Source: Actinomycetota bacterium
GTDB lineage: Bacteria > Actinomycetota > Actinomycetes > Nanopelagicales > Nanopelagicaceae
Assembly: GCA_947490845.1 (NCBI GenBank)
Contig: CANLHI010000003.1
Span: 2,774 to 66,773, forward strand
Direction of reading: 5' to 3'
DNA length: 64,000 nt
Below the pieces are notes generated by a model, which was not told the origin of the DNA, searched no databases, and worked only from the letters and a program-made list of their open reading frames with translations. Position 1 is the first letter of the stretch; each line of letters starts with the position of its first letter. Positions 44,898-55,100 of this stretch are shown here, one piece after another. Position numbers and translations under genes: made by a program.

Positions 44898-45421
44898 ACT
44901 CTCACCAGTGAGGTAACTTTGAGATCAGGATATTGATCCTCAATTCGCTTGCGACCTTCCAGAAAATCTAACTCCATCAGCACAAGAATTCCTGCTACTT
45001 CTGCGCCACATCGCCTGGTTAACTCAATCGCAGCTAACAAAGTGCCGCCCGTGGCGAGAACATCGTCAATTATCAATACCTTCTGCTGTGGCAGAAATGC
45101 ATCCACATGAATTTCGATTTCATCGGAGCCGTATTCGAGTCCGTATTTCGCGGAAATAGTTTTGTATGGCAACTTTCCACTCTTGCGAATAGGTACAAAT
45201 GAGAGTTCAGTGCGAGCCGCTAGTGCAGAACCGAAGATGAACCCACGCGCTTCGATTCCAGCAATTACTTCAGAGGGGCCAATGTGTTGAGACATCTCTG
45301 CAAGAACTAGATTGAAGGCTTGGGCATTTCCTAACATTGGCGTGATATCTCGGAAGAGAATCCCTGGTTTTGGATAATCAGGGATCTCTCTTATAAGTGA
45401 AAGTGCGCCTTGCAGGTTCAT
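44894..45421 (-). CDS. apt: adenine phosphoribosyltransferase
   Basis: PDYPKPGILFRDIT, EARGF, RKSGKLP and IDDVLATGGT. Confidence 0.97.
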   Translation of the reverse strand: MNLQGALSLIREIPDYPKPGILFRDITPMLGNAQAFNLVLAEMSQHIGPSEVIAGIEARGFIFGSALAARTELSFVPIRKSGKLPYKTISAKYGLEYGSDEIEIHVDAFLPQQKVLIIDDVLATGGTLLAAIELTRRCGAEVAGILVLMELDFLEGRKRIEDQYPDLKVTSLVRV

Positions 45422-45448
45422 AGGCCACCAATTCCATCACATCTATCG

Positions 45449-45532
45449 TGTCCGAGAGGGGACTTGAACCCCTAAGCCCTTGCGGGCACTAACACCTCAA
45501 GCTAGCGCGTCTGCCAATTCCGCCACCCGGAC
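45449..45532 (-). tRNA. tRNA-Leu (anticodon GAG), CCA not encoded
   Basis: Reverse complement GTCCGGGTGGCGGAATTGGCAGACGCGCTAGCTTGAGGTGTTAGTGCCCGCAAGGGCTTAGGGGTTCAAGTCCCCTCTCGGACA folds as a cloverleaf with a long variable arm. Confidence 0.96.
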
Positions 45533-45651
45533 GAGTGTGACGGCAACGATAGCAATGTCGAGGGCGCTGCGCAAAAATGGCAAGACCTCGATCGCCAATT
45601 TTGCTGCCATTTTCTCTGCGCCGAGAGGACATTTTGGGGGAGAATGCCGAC

Positions 45652-46974
45652 ATGACAAATATCAAAGTTCGCGATCTCATTAGTGTCGAAGATGAAGCGA
45701 TACGAATTTGTCAGGAATTGATTCGTATTCCTAGCGTTAATTACGGTGAAGGCCGAGGAGACGAATCCGCTGTTGCAGCCTACGTAGTTGCATCACTTGC
45801 CGAAGTTGGAATAGCCGCAGAAATATATGAATCCGCGCCAAATCGTTGCAATGTGATTGCGCGCATTCCCGGAACAGATTCATCGCGTCCTGGATTAGTT
45901 GTTCACGGTCATATCGATGTAGTGCCAGCCAATGTCGATGAATGGTCAGTCGATCCATTTGCAGGAATTATCAAAGACGACATGATCTGGGGTCGCGGGG
46001 CCGTAGATATGAAAAATACTGACGCCATGATTCTGGCCATCGTTCGGGATTGGGCAAGGCGCGGCTATAAACCATCTCGCGATATTGTTTTAGCTTTTTT
46101 TGCTGATGAAGAAGCGGGCATGGAATTCGGCTCTCGTTTTATGACCTCCAAACATCCTGAAGTATTTGCCGGTTGCACGGAAGCGATCTCTGAAGTTGGT
46201 GGATTCTCCGTGACTGTTGCAGATGGAAAGCGTTTGTATTTTGTGGAGGCGGCGCAAAAAGGTATTCATTGGATGAAGTTAACCGCCCAAGGTCGAGCCG
46301 GACATGGTTCGATGATGAATGGCGAGAATGCGGTAACAGCTATTTCGGAGGCAGTTGCAAAGATTGGAAAATACGAATGGCCGCAACGTTATACCCAGAC
46401 CGTTAAGGATCTCTTCCGAGAAGTTGCCCGTGTGACAGGTAAGGCTTATGACGAAAAGGATTTACGTCCATTGCTAAAAGAGATTGGATCAACTGCGCGA
46501 ATGATTGGAGCGACTCTGCAAAATACAGCCAATCCGACCATGTTAGAGGCAGGCTATAAAGCAAATGTGATCCCTGGTTCAGCCAGTGCGGTAATTGACG
46601 GAAGATTTCTACCGGGTTACGAGGAAGAGTTGAATACAACGATCAGGGCCATAATCGGACCAGATATTGAAATCGAAACAATTTCGCATGACATAGCCCT
46701 AGAAGTTAATTTTAAGGCTCCGCTAGTTGAAGCAATGAAAGCGGCGCTCCTACGTGAGGACCCAGAAGGTATTCCAGTTCCATATTTAATGAGTGGCGGA
46801 ACAGATAACAAAGCGCTCTCAGAACTTGGAATTATTGGTTATGGATTCTCACCGTTGCGTTTACCGCCAGACCTTGATTTTATGTCGCTTTTTCACGGAG
46901 TCGATGAACGCGTTCCAGTTGATGGAATTCGTTTTGGTGTCCGGGTGTTAGCGGATTTCTTGGAACACGCCTAA
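45652..46974 (+). CDS. M20/M25/M40 family metallopeptidase
   Basis: HGHIDVVP, GRGAVDMK, DEEAG and HGVDER. Start set at MTNIK. Confidence 0.92.
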   Translation: MTNIKVRDLISVEDEAIRICQELIRIPSVNYGEGRGDESAVAAYVVASLAEVGIAAEIYESAPNRCNVIARIPGTDSSRPGLVVHGHIDVVPANVDEWSVDPFAGIIKDDMIWGRGAVDMKNTDAMILAIVRDWARRGYKPSRDIVLAFFADEEAGMEFGSRFMTSKHPEVFAGCTEAISEVGGFSVTVADGKRLYFVEAAQKGIHWMKLTAQGRAGHGSMMNGENAVTAISEAVAKIGKYEWPQRYTQTVKDLFREVARVTGKAYDEKDLRPLLKEIGSTARMIGATLQNTANPTMLEAGYKANVIPGSASAVIDGRFLPGYEEELNTTIRAIIGPDIEIETISHDIALEVNFKAPLVEAMKAALLREDPEGIPVPYLMSGGTDNKALSELGIIGYGFSPLRLPPDLDFMSLFHGVDERVPVDGIRFGVRVLADFLEHA

Positions 46975-46987
46975 ATTCGCTTTTTAC

Positions 46988-47935
46988 TTAGTCCGCAGAG
47001 ATCTCATCCAGAGCAGTTCTTACTACATCAGGCAGCGTGATTTCCTCGCTAGCTAATATTCCGCGAAGTTGCGCGCCCGTTCTTGCGCCAACAACGGCGC
47101 TGGTCACGCCAGGGAAATCACGAACCCAAGCAAGTGCGACCTCAAGGGGTGAATAACCTAAACCTTGCGCTGCAACACTTACCGCTTCAACAATACGACG
47201 TGAGCGCTCATCTAAATAAGGTTCGATAAAGGCTGCAAAGTGAGGTGTTGCAGCTCTTGAGTCTGCAGGTATTCCATTGCGATATTTTCCAGTTAACGCG
47301 CCGCGGCCAAGTGGTGACCATGCAATGAATCCTCGATTTAGCGCGCTGCTGCATTGCAAGACATCTGCTTCACCAGTTCGGTTTAGCAAGGAAAATTCGG
47401 TCTGCAATGTTGCAATCGGTGCCTTAGCGGTATTTGCTTCCTGCAAAGTTATCGCACGCGCACTCTGCCATCCGCTGAAATTAGAAACTCCGACATAACG
47501 AGCACGCCCAGATGTGTATGCCCAATCCAGTGCAGAAAGCGTGTCTTCTAATGGAGTATTGGTGTCCCAAACTTGGATCTGCCACAGATCAACGTGATCT
47601 GTGGCTAGTCGAGTTAGCGAGCGGTCGAGTGAGGCCATCAAAGAGGTGCGTGATGCATCAGTTTTAAGAGTTCCACCTTGATATGCAACGCCCGCCTTTG
47701 TTGCGATTACAACGTCCTCGCGACGAAAGAGCGTTCCGATTAATCCACCTATTACGCGCTCGGAGTCACCATCTCCATAGTGGCTAGCCGAATCTAGAAA
47801 ATTACCACCAGCTTCGATATATGCCCGCGCTTGATCAGCAGCCTCGTGAGTATCAGTATCTCGGCCCCAGGTCATGGTTCCCAAACCAAGTCGCGATAGT
47901 TGTAGTCCGCTATTGCCAGCCTGACGTAATTCCAT
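46988..47935 (-). CDS. aldo/keto reductase
   Basis: LGLGTMTWG, IATKAG, YVGVSNF and WSPLGRG. Confidence 0.93.
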   Translation of the reverse strand: MELRQAGNSGLQLSRLGLGTMTWGRDTDTHEAADQARAYIEAGGNFLDSASHYGDGDSERVIGGLIGTLFRREDVVIATKAGVAYQGGTLKTDASRTSLMASLDRSLTRLATDHVDLWQIQVWDTNTPLEDTLSALDWAYTSGRARYVGVSNFSGWQSARAITLQEANTAKAPIATLQTEFSLLNRTGEADVLQCSSALNRGFIAWSPLGRGALTGKYRNGIPADSRAATPHFAAFIEPYLDERSRRIVEAVSVAAQGLGYSPLEVALAWVRDFPGVTSAVVGARTGAQLRGILASEEITLPDVVRTALDEISAD

Positions 47936-47984
47936 GGCGCGACCATAGCAAGACGAGGGGATGAATTATCGCTAACCTTCCAAC

Positions 47985-48671
47985 ATGACACGGATACTTC
48001 TAATTCGCCACGCCCACTCGGTTGCAAATGACCGTGGCATTTTGGCTGGAAGATCATCAGGCGTTGTATTAACTGATCATGGAAAAAAGCAAGCGATCGA
48101 GTTAGCTAAGAGATTGCAAGGAATTAGCATCGCATCGATTCACATCAGCCCCATTGAAAGATGTCATCTAACTATGGCCCCTTTTCTTGAGGCTGCGGCT
48201 CCTTCAAAGCGTCCCAAAGTTTTCATAACCGATGATCTATCCGAGGTTGATTACGGTAAATGGACCGGCAAGAAATTAAGCACCTTGTATCGCCATAAAT
48301 TATGGAAGACGGTCCAGAACCGCCCTAGTGCTATGTATTTTCCGGATGGAGAAGGTTTGGCTAATGTGCAGGTGCGCGCCATGCGTGCTTTGCATCAGGC
48401 GGCGGCTACTCCTGGCAACCAAATATTGGTAAGTCATGGAGATGTCATAAAGAGCATCGTGGCAGCCGTTCTAGGAACACATCTTGATAATTTCCAAAAG
48501 ATCGTGATTGATCCAGCATCCGTTACCGTCCTTGATTTCGATGGGACTGATTTCAGAGTTATAACGCTGAACTCCACAACTGCAGCGATTGCCGATTTAG
48601 TTCCCACCAAGAAGAAATCAATTGGTAAGGCGCTACTTGGCGGAGGAAATGGAAGTTCTAGAAGTAAATGA
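47985..48671 (+). CDS. histidine phosphatase, MSMEG_4193-like
   Basis: LIRHAHS, LSEVDYGKWTG and VSHGDVIK. Confidence 0.9.
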   Translation: MTRILLIRHAHSVANDRGILAGRSSGVVLTDHGKKQAIELAKRLQGISIASIHISPIERCHLTMAPFLEAAAPSKRPKVFITDDLSEVDYGKWTGKKLSTLYRHKLWKTVQNRPSAMYFPDGEGLANVQVRAMRALHQAAATPGNQILVSHGDVIKSIVAAVLGTHLDNFQKIVIDPASVTVLDFDGTDFRVITLNSTTAAIADLVPTKKKSIGKALLGGGNGSSRSK

Positions 48672-49216
48672 GTTCAAGAATTCTGCTGTTTGATCCCGCG
48701 GAACGATTTGTAGTGGGAACCGTTGGCGTTCCGGGTGAGCGCACCTTCTTTATACAAGCGCGCGAGAAGAATCGTTTGGTTTCGGTATCACTTGAAAAGG
48801 CGCAAGTCTCGGCCCTGGCTGATCGAATCCTGCAAATTCTTCGAGAGGTTAGAAGCAGCGAACCGTTAACCAGCTTTGAAAGAGTAGCAAGTGATGATCA
48901 ACCGCTTGAGAGCCCAATAGATGAAGAGTTTCGTGTTGGCGTAATCGGACTGGCCTATGTTTCCGATCGCCAACTAATTGAGATTGATATGCAGGCCATA
49001 GCTGAGTCGCAATTTGAACGTGATGAACTGATTGAGATTGACACCGAAGGTGATCAAGATATCTTGCGAGTGCTTCTACCTTTGGGGTATGCCGAAAGCT
49101 TTGCAAAGCGTGCGAATATCGTTGTTGGAGCTGGTCGAGTCCCGTGTCCCTTCTGTGGTGGACCGATAGATCCTGCTGGTCATCTCTGTCCGCGTGCAAA
49201 CGGTTATCGAAGATAG
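48668..49216 (+). CDS. DUF3090 family protein
   Basis: GTVGVPGERTFFIQA and C-terminal CPFC...GHLCPRANG. Confidence 0.9.
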   Translation: MSSRILLFDPAERFVVGTVGVPGERTFFIQAREKNRLVSVSLEKAQVSALADRILQILREVRSSEPLTSFERVASDDQPLESPIDEEFRVGVIGLAYVSDRQLIEIDMQAIAESQFERDELIEIDTEGDQDILRVLLPLGYAESFAKRANIVVGAGRVPCPFCGGPIDPAGHLCPRANGYRR

Positions 49217-49218
49217 TG

Positions 49219-49956
49219 ATGTCAAAAGATAAGGCGCAGGTTGAAAAGTGGTTGGTCGATTTGAATGATGCGACCCTGATTGTGACTGGACGTTTAATTG
49301 ATGCATCTAATGCCACGTTATATGCAATGTGCACAGTCAAAGATGCGCAAGGCGAGCGAGAATTTGCCTGTATCTATAAGCCTATTGCGGGCGAGCGTCC
49401 TTTATGGGACTTTCCAGATGGCACACTCGCCAATCGTGAGTATCTAACATTTCTATTGAGCCACTGGTTAGAACTTCATTTAGTTCCGCCAACGATTCTG
49501 CGTGACGGTCCTTACGGGACGGGAATGGTGCAGATGTGGATTGAGATAGATCCAGATATTGAACTTATGGATCTATATGCAAAAGATGATCCGCGTTTAC
49601 GGTCGCTGGCACTCTTCGATGTGATCATTAACAATACTGATCGTAAAATTGGACATTTAATCCCCACCACCGAAGGCCATCTCTACGGATGTGACCACGG
49701 GGTGACTTTCCATGAAGAAGATAAATTGCGCACCGTCCTATGGCAATGGGCGGGTGAGGAATTCACAGCCTCCGAGGCTGATCTCTTAATTAAGGCTCGT
49801 GAATTATTTGAAGTAAGCAAACGAGAAGTGATTGAGGGCTTGATTGAGTTGGAAGAGATCGAAGCAACTATTGCACGCATTGACCGAGCGTTACTCGCAG
49901 GTTCATTCCCGCAACCCAATCCGGATTGGCCGGCCGTCCCATGGCCACCGTTCTAA
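49219..49956 (+). CDS. SCO1664-family PI3/PI4-kinase-like protein
   Basis: YKPIAGERPLWDFP, DVIINNTDRKIGH, DHG and WPAVPWPPF. Confidence 0.88.
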   Translation: MSKDKAQVEKWLVDLNDATLIVTGRLIDASNATLYAMCTVKDAQGEREFACIYKPIAGERPLWDFPDGTLANREYLTFLLSHWLELHLVPPTILRDGPYGTGMVQMWIEIDPDIELMDLYAKDDPRLRSLALFDVIINNTDRKIGHLIPTTEGHLYGCDHGVTFHEEDKLRTVLWQWAGEEFTASEADLLIKARELFEVSKREVIEGLIELEEIEATIARIDRALLAGSFPQPNPDWPAVPWPPF

Positions 49957-49965
49957 GATAAAGAT

Positions 49966-51207
49966 ATGAATTCCTGGGCAAGTGTTGCTATTCCACCTTT
50001 GCAAAAGGCTTTTCGAGTACCTCCACTGCGCATATTCGATACCGCCGCTCAGAAGATATCTGAAGTAGAAGTTAAACCGTTATATCGAATGTATATCTGT
50101 GGAATCACACCATATGACGCAACACATTTAGGACACGCAAATACATACTTAGCCTTTGACTTATTGCATCGTTACTTATTGGCGACAGGCGCCAAAGTAA
50201 AGTTCGTAGAAAACATAACAGATATCGATGATCCGTTGTTAGAACGTGCCAATCGAGATGGAATTGATTGGCGTGATTTAGCCGCGTCGCAGATCGATCT
50301 TTTCCGCTCGGATATGGTGGCGCTTCATGTGTTGCCTCCTGATCATTACATCGGAGCAGTCGATGCAATCGACTTGGTTGTTCAGGCAATTTCAAAACTC
50401 GAATTGGCCGGCTCGGTATATAAAATAGATAACGATCTTTATTTCAAGGTACATAGCGATACGAAGTTTGGATCCAGATCCCACCTGTCACAAGATCAGA
50501 TGTTGAAAATATTTAGCGAACGAGGGGGAGACCCGGATCGAGCGGGCAAGCAAGATCCGTTGGATGCACTCTTATGGTTAGCCCAACGCCCCGGAGAACC
50601 AGGATGGGAAAGTAAATACGGAATTGGAAGACCGGGCTGGCATATTGAATGTTGCGCCATCGCGCTCAATTACTTGGATATTGATCCCACTTTTTCAACA
50701 TCGATTGACTTTCAAGGCGGGGGTAGTGATCTGATATTTCCGCATCACGAGATGTCGGCCGCGCAATCTAAAGTTATGAATAATAAGGAGTTTGCATCTC
50801 ACTACGTTCACGCAGGAATGATCGGCTTAGACGGCGAAAAGATGAGTAAATCCAAGGGTAACTTGGTTTTTGTTTCCCAACTATTGCGCGAGGGCGTTGA
50901 TGCAATGGTAATTCGCACCGCGCTGCTACGACACCACTATCGAAGTGATCATATGTGGCAGAACTCAGAGTTAGATGAAGCAAGCGCTTTCCTTGATGAG
51001 CTACGGCTCTGCCTTTCTCGACCCGATGTTGCACCAACCGATCAAATCATTTCGGAGATCATTGCTGCGCTATCGCAAGATCTAAACACTCCGATTGCCT
51101 TAGCTGCTTTGCAGAATTGGATCACCGCAACCAATGAAGGTAAATCGGGTGGTGATGCTGGAGAGTTAAGCAGGGCAATCGATGCGCTCTTAGGGATTGC
51201 GATTTAG
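49966..51207 (+). CDS. mshC: cysteine--GlcN-Ins ligase (mycothiol biosynthesis)
   Basis: CGITPYDATHLGH, ERGGDP, GRPGWHIEC and KMSKS; no anticodon-binding domain. Confidence 0.95.
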   Translation: MNSWASVAIPPLQKAFRVPPLRIFDTAAQKISEVEVKPLYRMYICGITPYDATHLGHANTYLAFDLLHRYLLATGAKVKFVENITDIDDPLLERANRDGIDWRDLAASQIDLFRSDMVALHVLPPDHYIGAVDAIDLVVQAISKLELAGSVYKIDNDLYFKVHSDTKFGSRSHLSQDQMLKIFSERGGDPDRAGKQDPLDALLWLAQRPGEPGWESKYGIGRPGWHIECCAIALNYLDIDPTFSTSIDFQGGGSDLIFPHHEMSAAQSKVMNNKEFASHYVHAGMIGLDGEKMSKSKGNLVFVSQLLREGVDAMVIRTALLRHHYRSDHMWQNSELDEASAFLDELRLCLSRPDVAPTDQIISEIIAALSQDLNTPIALAALQNWITATNEGKSGGDAGELSRAIDALLGIAI

Positions 51208-52085
51208 TTCTCGGTTTGTCTACGTAAAAATCTTTCTAGCTCGCGCGCGATTTCATCTCCTGAAACATCTGCCAATAAGGAGGAGTCTTTACTATCTTCC
51301 AAAGCCTTTACGTAATCCGCCACGTCGCTATCCTCGCGCGCTAACTTATCTACTTCAGACTCCCATTCCAGGGCTTCCGCCGGTAGGTCTCCCAGTGGCA
51401 AGGTAATTTCAAGAAGATCTTCTAGCGCGCTAACTAGCGCCAACGTTGCCTTCGGAGATGGTGAGTTACTTGCGTAATGCGGAATCGCCGCCCAGAGTGA
51501 GACTGCATCCAGGCCGCGCCTTAGGCACGCATCAGCAATTACACCGAGGATGCCAGTCGGACCTTCATATTTACTTATTTCAACTCCTAATCGGTTTGCG
51601 ATTTCGGGATGTGCTCCGCTGCATGTCACAGTTATTGGGCGCGAATGCGGCGCATCGGCCAACATTGAACCTAAAGTCACAATCATTGAAACATCTAGAT
51701 CTTCGGCCAAATCGATAAGCTCCTGAGTGAAAGTTTTCCATCTCATAGAAGGTTCAACACCGCGCACGATTACAAAGTCAAAATCTAGGTCTGGCATTTG
51801 CAATCCGAAAACTTGTGTCCCTGGCCAAGTTAAGGATCGAAGATGAGAATCATCTACGTTGACCATTGGACGATTTACTTGAAAGTCATAAAACTCTTCC
51901 GGATCTACATCGGCGATTAATTCAGGCACAACACCGGTTTGCTCATCAACGGCATGAACACCGTCAGTCCAAGCGCCCAAGATATGAAATGCCGCACCAG
52001 TAGCGGCATCTGCGGCATCGTTCCATCCCGAAAATGCGATTAGCATCACGGGGGAGCGAAGTGCAGGAATTTTAAGAATCTCCAC
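51204..52085 (-). CDS. PAC2-family (proteasome assembly chaperone-like) protein
   Basis: AFSGWNDAADAA, FYDFQVNRP, YEGPTGI and SLWAAIPHY. Confidence 0.9.
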   Translation of the reverse strand: MEILKIPALRSPVMLIAFSGWNDAADAATGAAFHILGAWTDGVHAVDEQTGVVPELIADVDPEEFYDFQVNRPMVNVDDSHLRSLTWPGTQVFGLQMPDLDFDFVIVRGVEPSMRWKTFTQELIDLAEDLDVSMIVTLGSMLADAPHSRPITVTCSGAHPEIANRLGVEISKYEGPTGILGVIADACLRRGLDAVSLWAAIPHYASNSPSPKATLALVSALEDLLEITLPLGDLPAEALEWESEVDKLAREDSDVADYVKALEDSKDSSLLADVSGDEIARELERFLRRQTEN

Positions 52086-52113
52086 ATCGCCACCTTACGG
52101 TAACCTCACTCAT

Positions 52114-55100
52114 GTGACGAGTCATAATCGCAATAGACCTCCCGGCCTTTTACGCCAGGCAATGTCTTCTCGCACGGTAATTGCCGATGGTGCGATGGGC
52201 ACGATGTTGCAAGAGGCCGATCCAACGCTGGAGGATTTCCAAGGTCACGAGGGCTGTAACGAAATACTAAACGTTTCGCGTCCAGATATTGTAAGAAAAG
52301 TTCATGACCAGTACCTAGCGGTCGGTGTCGATGCGATCGAGACAAATACCTTTGGTGCCAACTGGGCGAACTTAGCCGAGTATGGAATCGAAGATCGAAT
52401 CTACGAATTAGCTTTTGCAGGCGCACAAATCGCTCGCGAGGCAGCCGATGCTGTTTCCACCCCGGAGAAACCAAGATTTGTTTTGGGCTCCCTCGGACCA
52501 GGAACTAAGTTGCCATCACTTGGTCACACAACTTACGAACATCTTAAGAACGCTTATTACATCGCGTGCAAAGGTTTGCTCGATGCGAAAAGTGATGCTC
52601 TTCTGATTGAAACAACTCAAGACTTATTGCAAGCAAAGGCTGCTGTTAACGGCGCGCGACAGGCGATCGATGAAGTTGATTTCGATGTTGTCCTTATTGC
52701 GCAAGTGACTGTAGAAACTACTGGAACTATGTTGCTTGGTTCTGAAATAGGCGCTGCACTGAACGCTCTCGAGCCACTCGAAATTGATCTAATCGGCCTT
52801 AACTGCGCCACCGGTCCGGCAGAAATGTCAGAGCACCTTCGATATTTATCAAAGTTTGCTAACTGCGCCATATCTGTAATGCCAAACGCGGGTCTACCGA
52901 TACTAGGAGCGAAAGGCGCTGAGTATCCACTCGGCCCTGACGAATTAGCGCAAGCGCTAGAAACATTTGTGGGTGATTATGGAATCTCACTAATTGGTGG
53001 ATGCTGTGGAACTACGCCAGAACACTTGGCAGCAGTTGTTAATAAATTGGGTGCCAAGGCCATTCCAAAGCGCGTAAGTAACTTGGATCCTGGTGCGTCT
53101 TCGCTCTATCAGTACGTGCCTTTTAGGCAGGACAATACTTATCTGGCCATAGGTGAGCGCACCAATGCCAATGGGTCTCGCGCATTCCGTGACGCACTTA
53201 TTGCAGAGGATTGGGAGAGTTGCGTAGAGATTGCCCGCGATCAGATTCGCGATGGCGCTCACATGCTGGATCTATCTGTCGATTATGTCGGTCGCGATGG
53301 TGCAAAAGACATGAAAGAACTGGCAACTAGATTTGCAACCTCATCAACGCTACCTATCGTTTTAGATTCAACCGAGCCAGCAGTCTTAAAAGCTGGACTT
53401 GAAGCCCTCGGCGGTCGAAGCGTAATTAACTCGGTTAACTATGAAGATGGCGATGGACCAACTTCGCGCTTTGCGCGGATTATGCCGCTGGTGCAAGAAC
53501 ATGGCGCATCAGTTGTTGCACTCACCATTGATGAAGAGGGCCAAGCACGCGACTGCGAATGGAAGCTGCGCGTTGCGCGTCGCCTGATTAAGGATTTGAA
53601 TGAAAACTGGCAGATGAAGACGGGCGATATTTTAATTGACTGCCTCACCTTTCCGATCGCTACCGGTCAAGAGGAGACGCGACGTGATGGCATCGAAACC
53701 ATCAACGCTATTCGCACGCTAAAGAGTGAATTCCCTGAGGTTCAAACAACACTTGGTGTTTCAAATGTTTCATTCGGTTTAAATCCGGCGGCGCGCGTGG
53801 TTCTAAACTCCGTATTTTTGCACGAGTGCGTCGTTGCGGGCCTTGATTCAGCGATCGTTCATCCATCAAAAATCACGCCCTTGGTGCGCATAGACGAGCG
53901 ACAAAAAGAGGTTGCACTTGACCTGATCTACGATCGCCGCAAATATGAAGGTGATGTTTGCACTTATGATCCGTTAACTGAGTTTTTGCAGTTATTTGAG
54001 GGTGTAGAACTTGCCGTATCCCGAAATGTGCGCGCCGCCGAATTGGCGGCCTTGCCCCTTACTGAGCGTCTGCAACGTCGCATAGTCGATGGTGAAAAAG
54101 TGGGCCTAACCGATGATCTAGATCTGGCGATGTCCGAGGGTATAAAGCCGTTACTAATTATCAATGACCATTTGCTAGAGGGTATGAAGGTTGTCGGTGA
54201 ACTATTCGGAAAAGGTGAGATGCAACTACCCTTCGTTTTGCAAAGTGCGGAAGTTATGAAAAACGCAGTTGCCTACCTAGAGCCTTTCATGGAGAAAACC
54301 GATGATGAAGGTCGCGGAACGATTTTGCTTGCAACCGTAAAGGGCGACGTTCACGATATTGGTAAAAATCTTGTTGATATTATTCTTTCAAATAATGGGT
54401 ATACCGTTGTAAATATTGGAATCAAACAAACGGTAAATCAAATTATTGATGCCGCTCAAGAATCAAATGCTGATGTGATCGGCATGAGCGGCCTTCTTGT
54501 TAAGTCAACAGTAATCATGAAAGAGAACTTGGAAGAGTTAACCAATCGCGGTTTAGCCGAGAAGTGGCCTATAGTTCTCGGGGGAGCAGCGTTGACGCGC
54601 GCTTTCGTGGAACAAGATTTAGCATCCACCTTCCCGGGTGAAGTTCGTTATGCGCGAGATGCCTTCGAAGGTTTGCGTTTAATGGATGCGATGATGGCAG
54701 TAAAGCGCGGAGTATTCGGTGCCGAGCTACCTGCACTAAGAGAGCGCAAAATCCCACTTCGCCCTAAGAAAGATGAACCACAAGTAATTGATACAAAACG
54801 CAGTGACGTTGCAGAAGATGTCGGCGTGCCTGCGGTTCCATTTTTTGGCTCACGAATTATTAAAGGCATTCCTCTGGCCGATTACGTTGGCATGCTAGAT
54901 GAACGTGCGCTCTTTATGGGTCAGTGGGGTCTTAAAGGTGCTCGTGGTGAATTCGAAGCAATGGCCGAGACCGAAGGCAGACCACGACTTCGCGCGCTGC
55001 TAAATCAAGTTCAATCAAAGGGCTGGCTAAATGCCGCGGTTGTGTATGGGTATTTTCCATGTGTAAGTGAAGGTAATGATCTGATTATTTTGCATCATGA

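Noticed and set aside
45449-45532. tRNA-Leu as the integration site of a genomic island
   Set aside because: No integrase, no duplicated tRNA 3' end seen, and the flanking genes are housekeeping.
49966-51207. Annotation as cysteinyl-tRNA synthetase
   Set aside because: It lacks the anticodon-binding domain, and has the MshC ERGGDP motif and gene context.
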